Assembly: GCF_018350175.1 (NCBI RefSeq)
Contig: NC_058368.1
Coordinates: forward strand, 101,000,001-101,064,000
Length of the DNA: 64,000 bases
Source: Felis catus
Taxonomy: Eukaryota
Direction: 5' to 3'
Every line of letters starts with the position of its first letter. The first letter of the stretch is position 1. Of the stretch, positions 63,659-64,000 are shown piece by piece. Below the pieces are notes generated by a model. It was not told the DNA's origin. It made no database searches and saw only the letters and a list, made by a program, of their open reading frames with translations. The position numbers and the translations under genes were made by a program.

Positions 63659-64000
63659 CTGTTATTTTATATTTTTAACTCAAATTTCCCATGATCGTGA
63701 TTTGAGTTAGACTGAAACCAGATTGAAATTGGGAGGGAGGACCTTATGTTTACTAACAGAGCCTCTAAACATTAAGTCCTTGCCACCATGAGATTAATCC
63801 TATTTATGCTTTCTTAAACCACAGATGTTTTTACTGTCCCTGCCCATATTTTTATCACTACTCTGTTGAAAATATTGTGAGAACCTACTCCAGGGAAGAC
63901 TGATATACCACAAGGAACCATGTGTTTGTGCCTTTTGGGCATGTAAAATGACTCACATTTCCGTCACCTGTCCATCAAAGAATTTGTGTCATGTGTTCCT

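Noticed and set aside
36000..64000. Exons of the next syntenic gene (PRDM6 in human, from memory)
   Set aside because: No SET or zinc-finger coding sequence and no second CpG island are visible in the window

Overview
Mammalian genomic DNA, almost certainly a cat-family (felid) genome, judged by about 45 tRNA-derived Can-SINEs of the SINEC_Fc type. Two convergent genes are present. The 3' part of SNX24 (sorting nexin 24, + strand) contributes four coding exons (2369-8792) and a 3' UTR to about 10.3 kb. The complete PPIC gene (cyclophilin C, - strand) has five exons (35430 down to 22949) that splice to 639 nt, i.e. 212 aa plus stop, with a CpG-island promoter at about 34.8-36.0 kb. The rest, especially 36-64 kb, is non-coding and rich in SINE, L1, L2/MIR and MaLR remnants. 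I see no CRISPR array, operon or new protein family, and no demonstrated new system. The best leads are: (1) a + strand candidate exon (29007-29238) with branch point, acceptor and consensus donor that encloses PPIC exon 2 in antisense and is in frame with SNX24; (2) an intronic-polyadenylation C-terminus of SNX24; (3) a 1.8-kb compound TA/GT minisatellite with a 5-unit, ~200-bp higher-order period; (4) unusual retrotransposition footprints: a triplicated TSD, a SINE with a possible 3' transduction, and a nested inverted SINE pair. Splice coordinates were read by hand. Repeat boundaries and subfamily names are approximate and come from recognition, not database searches.
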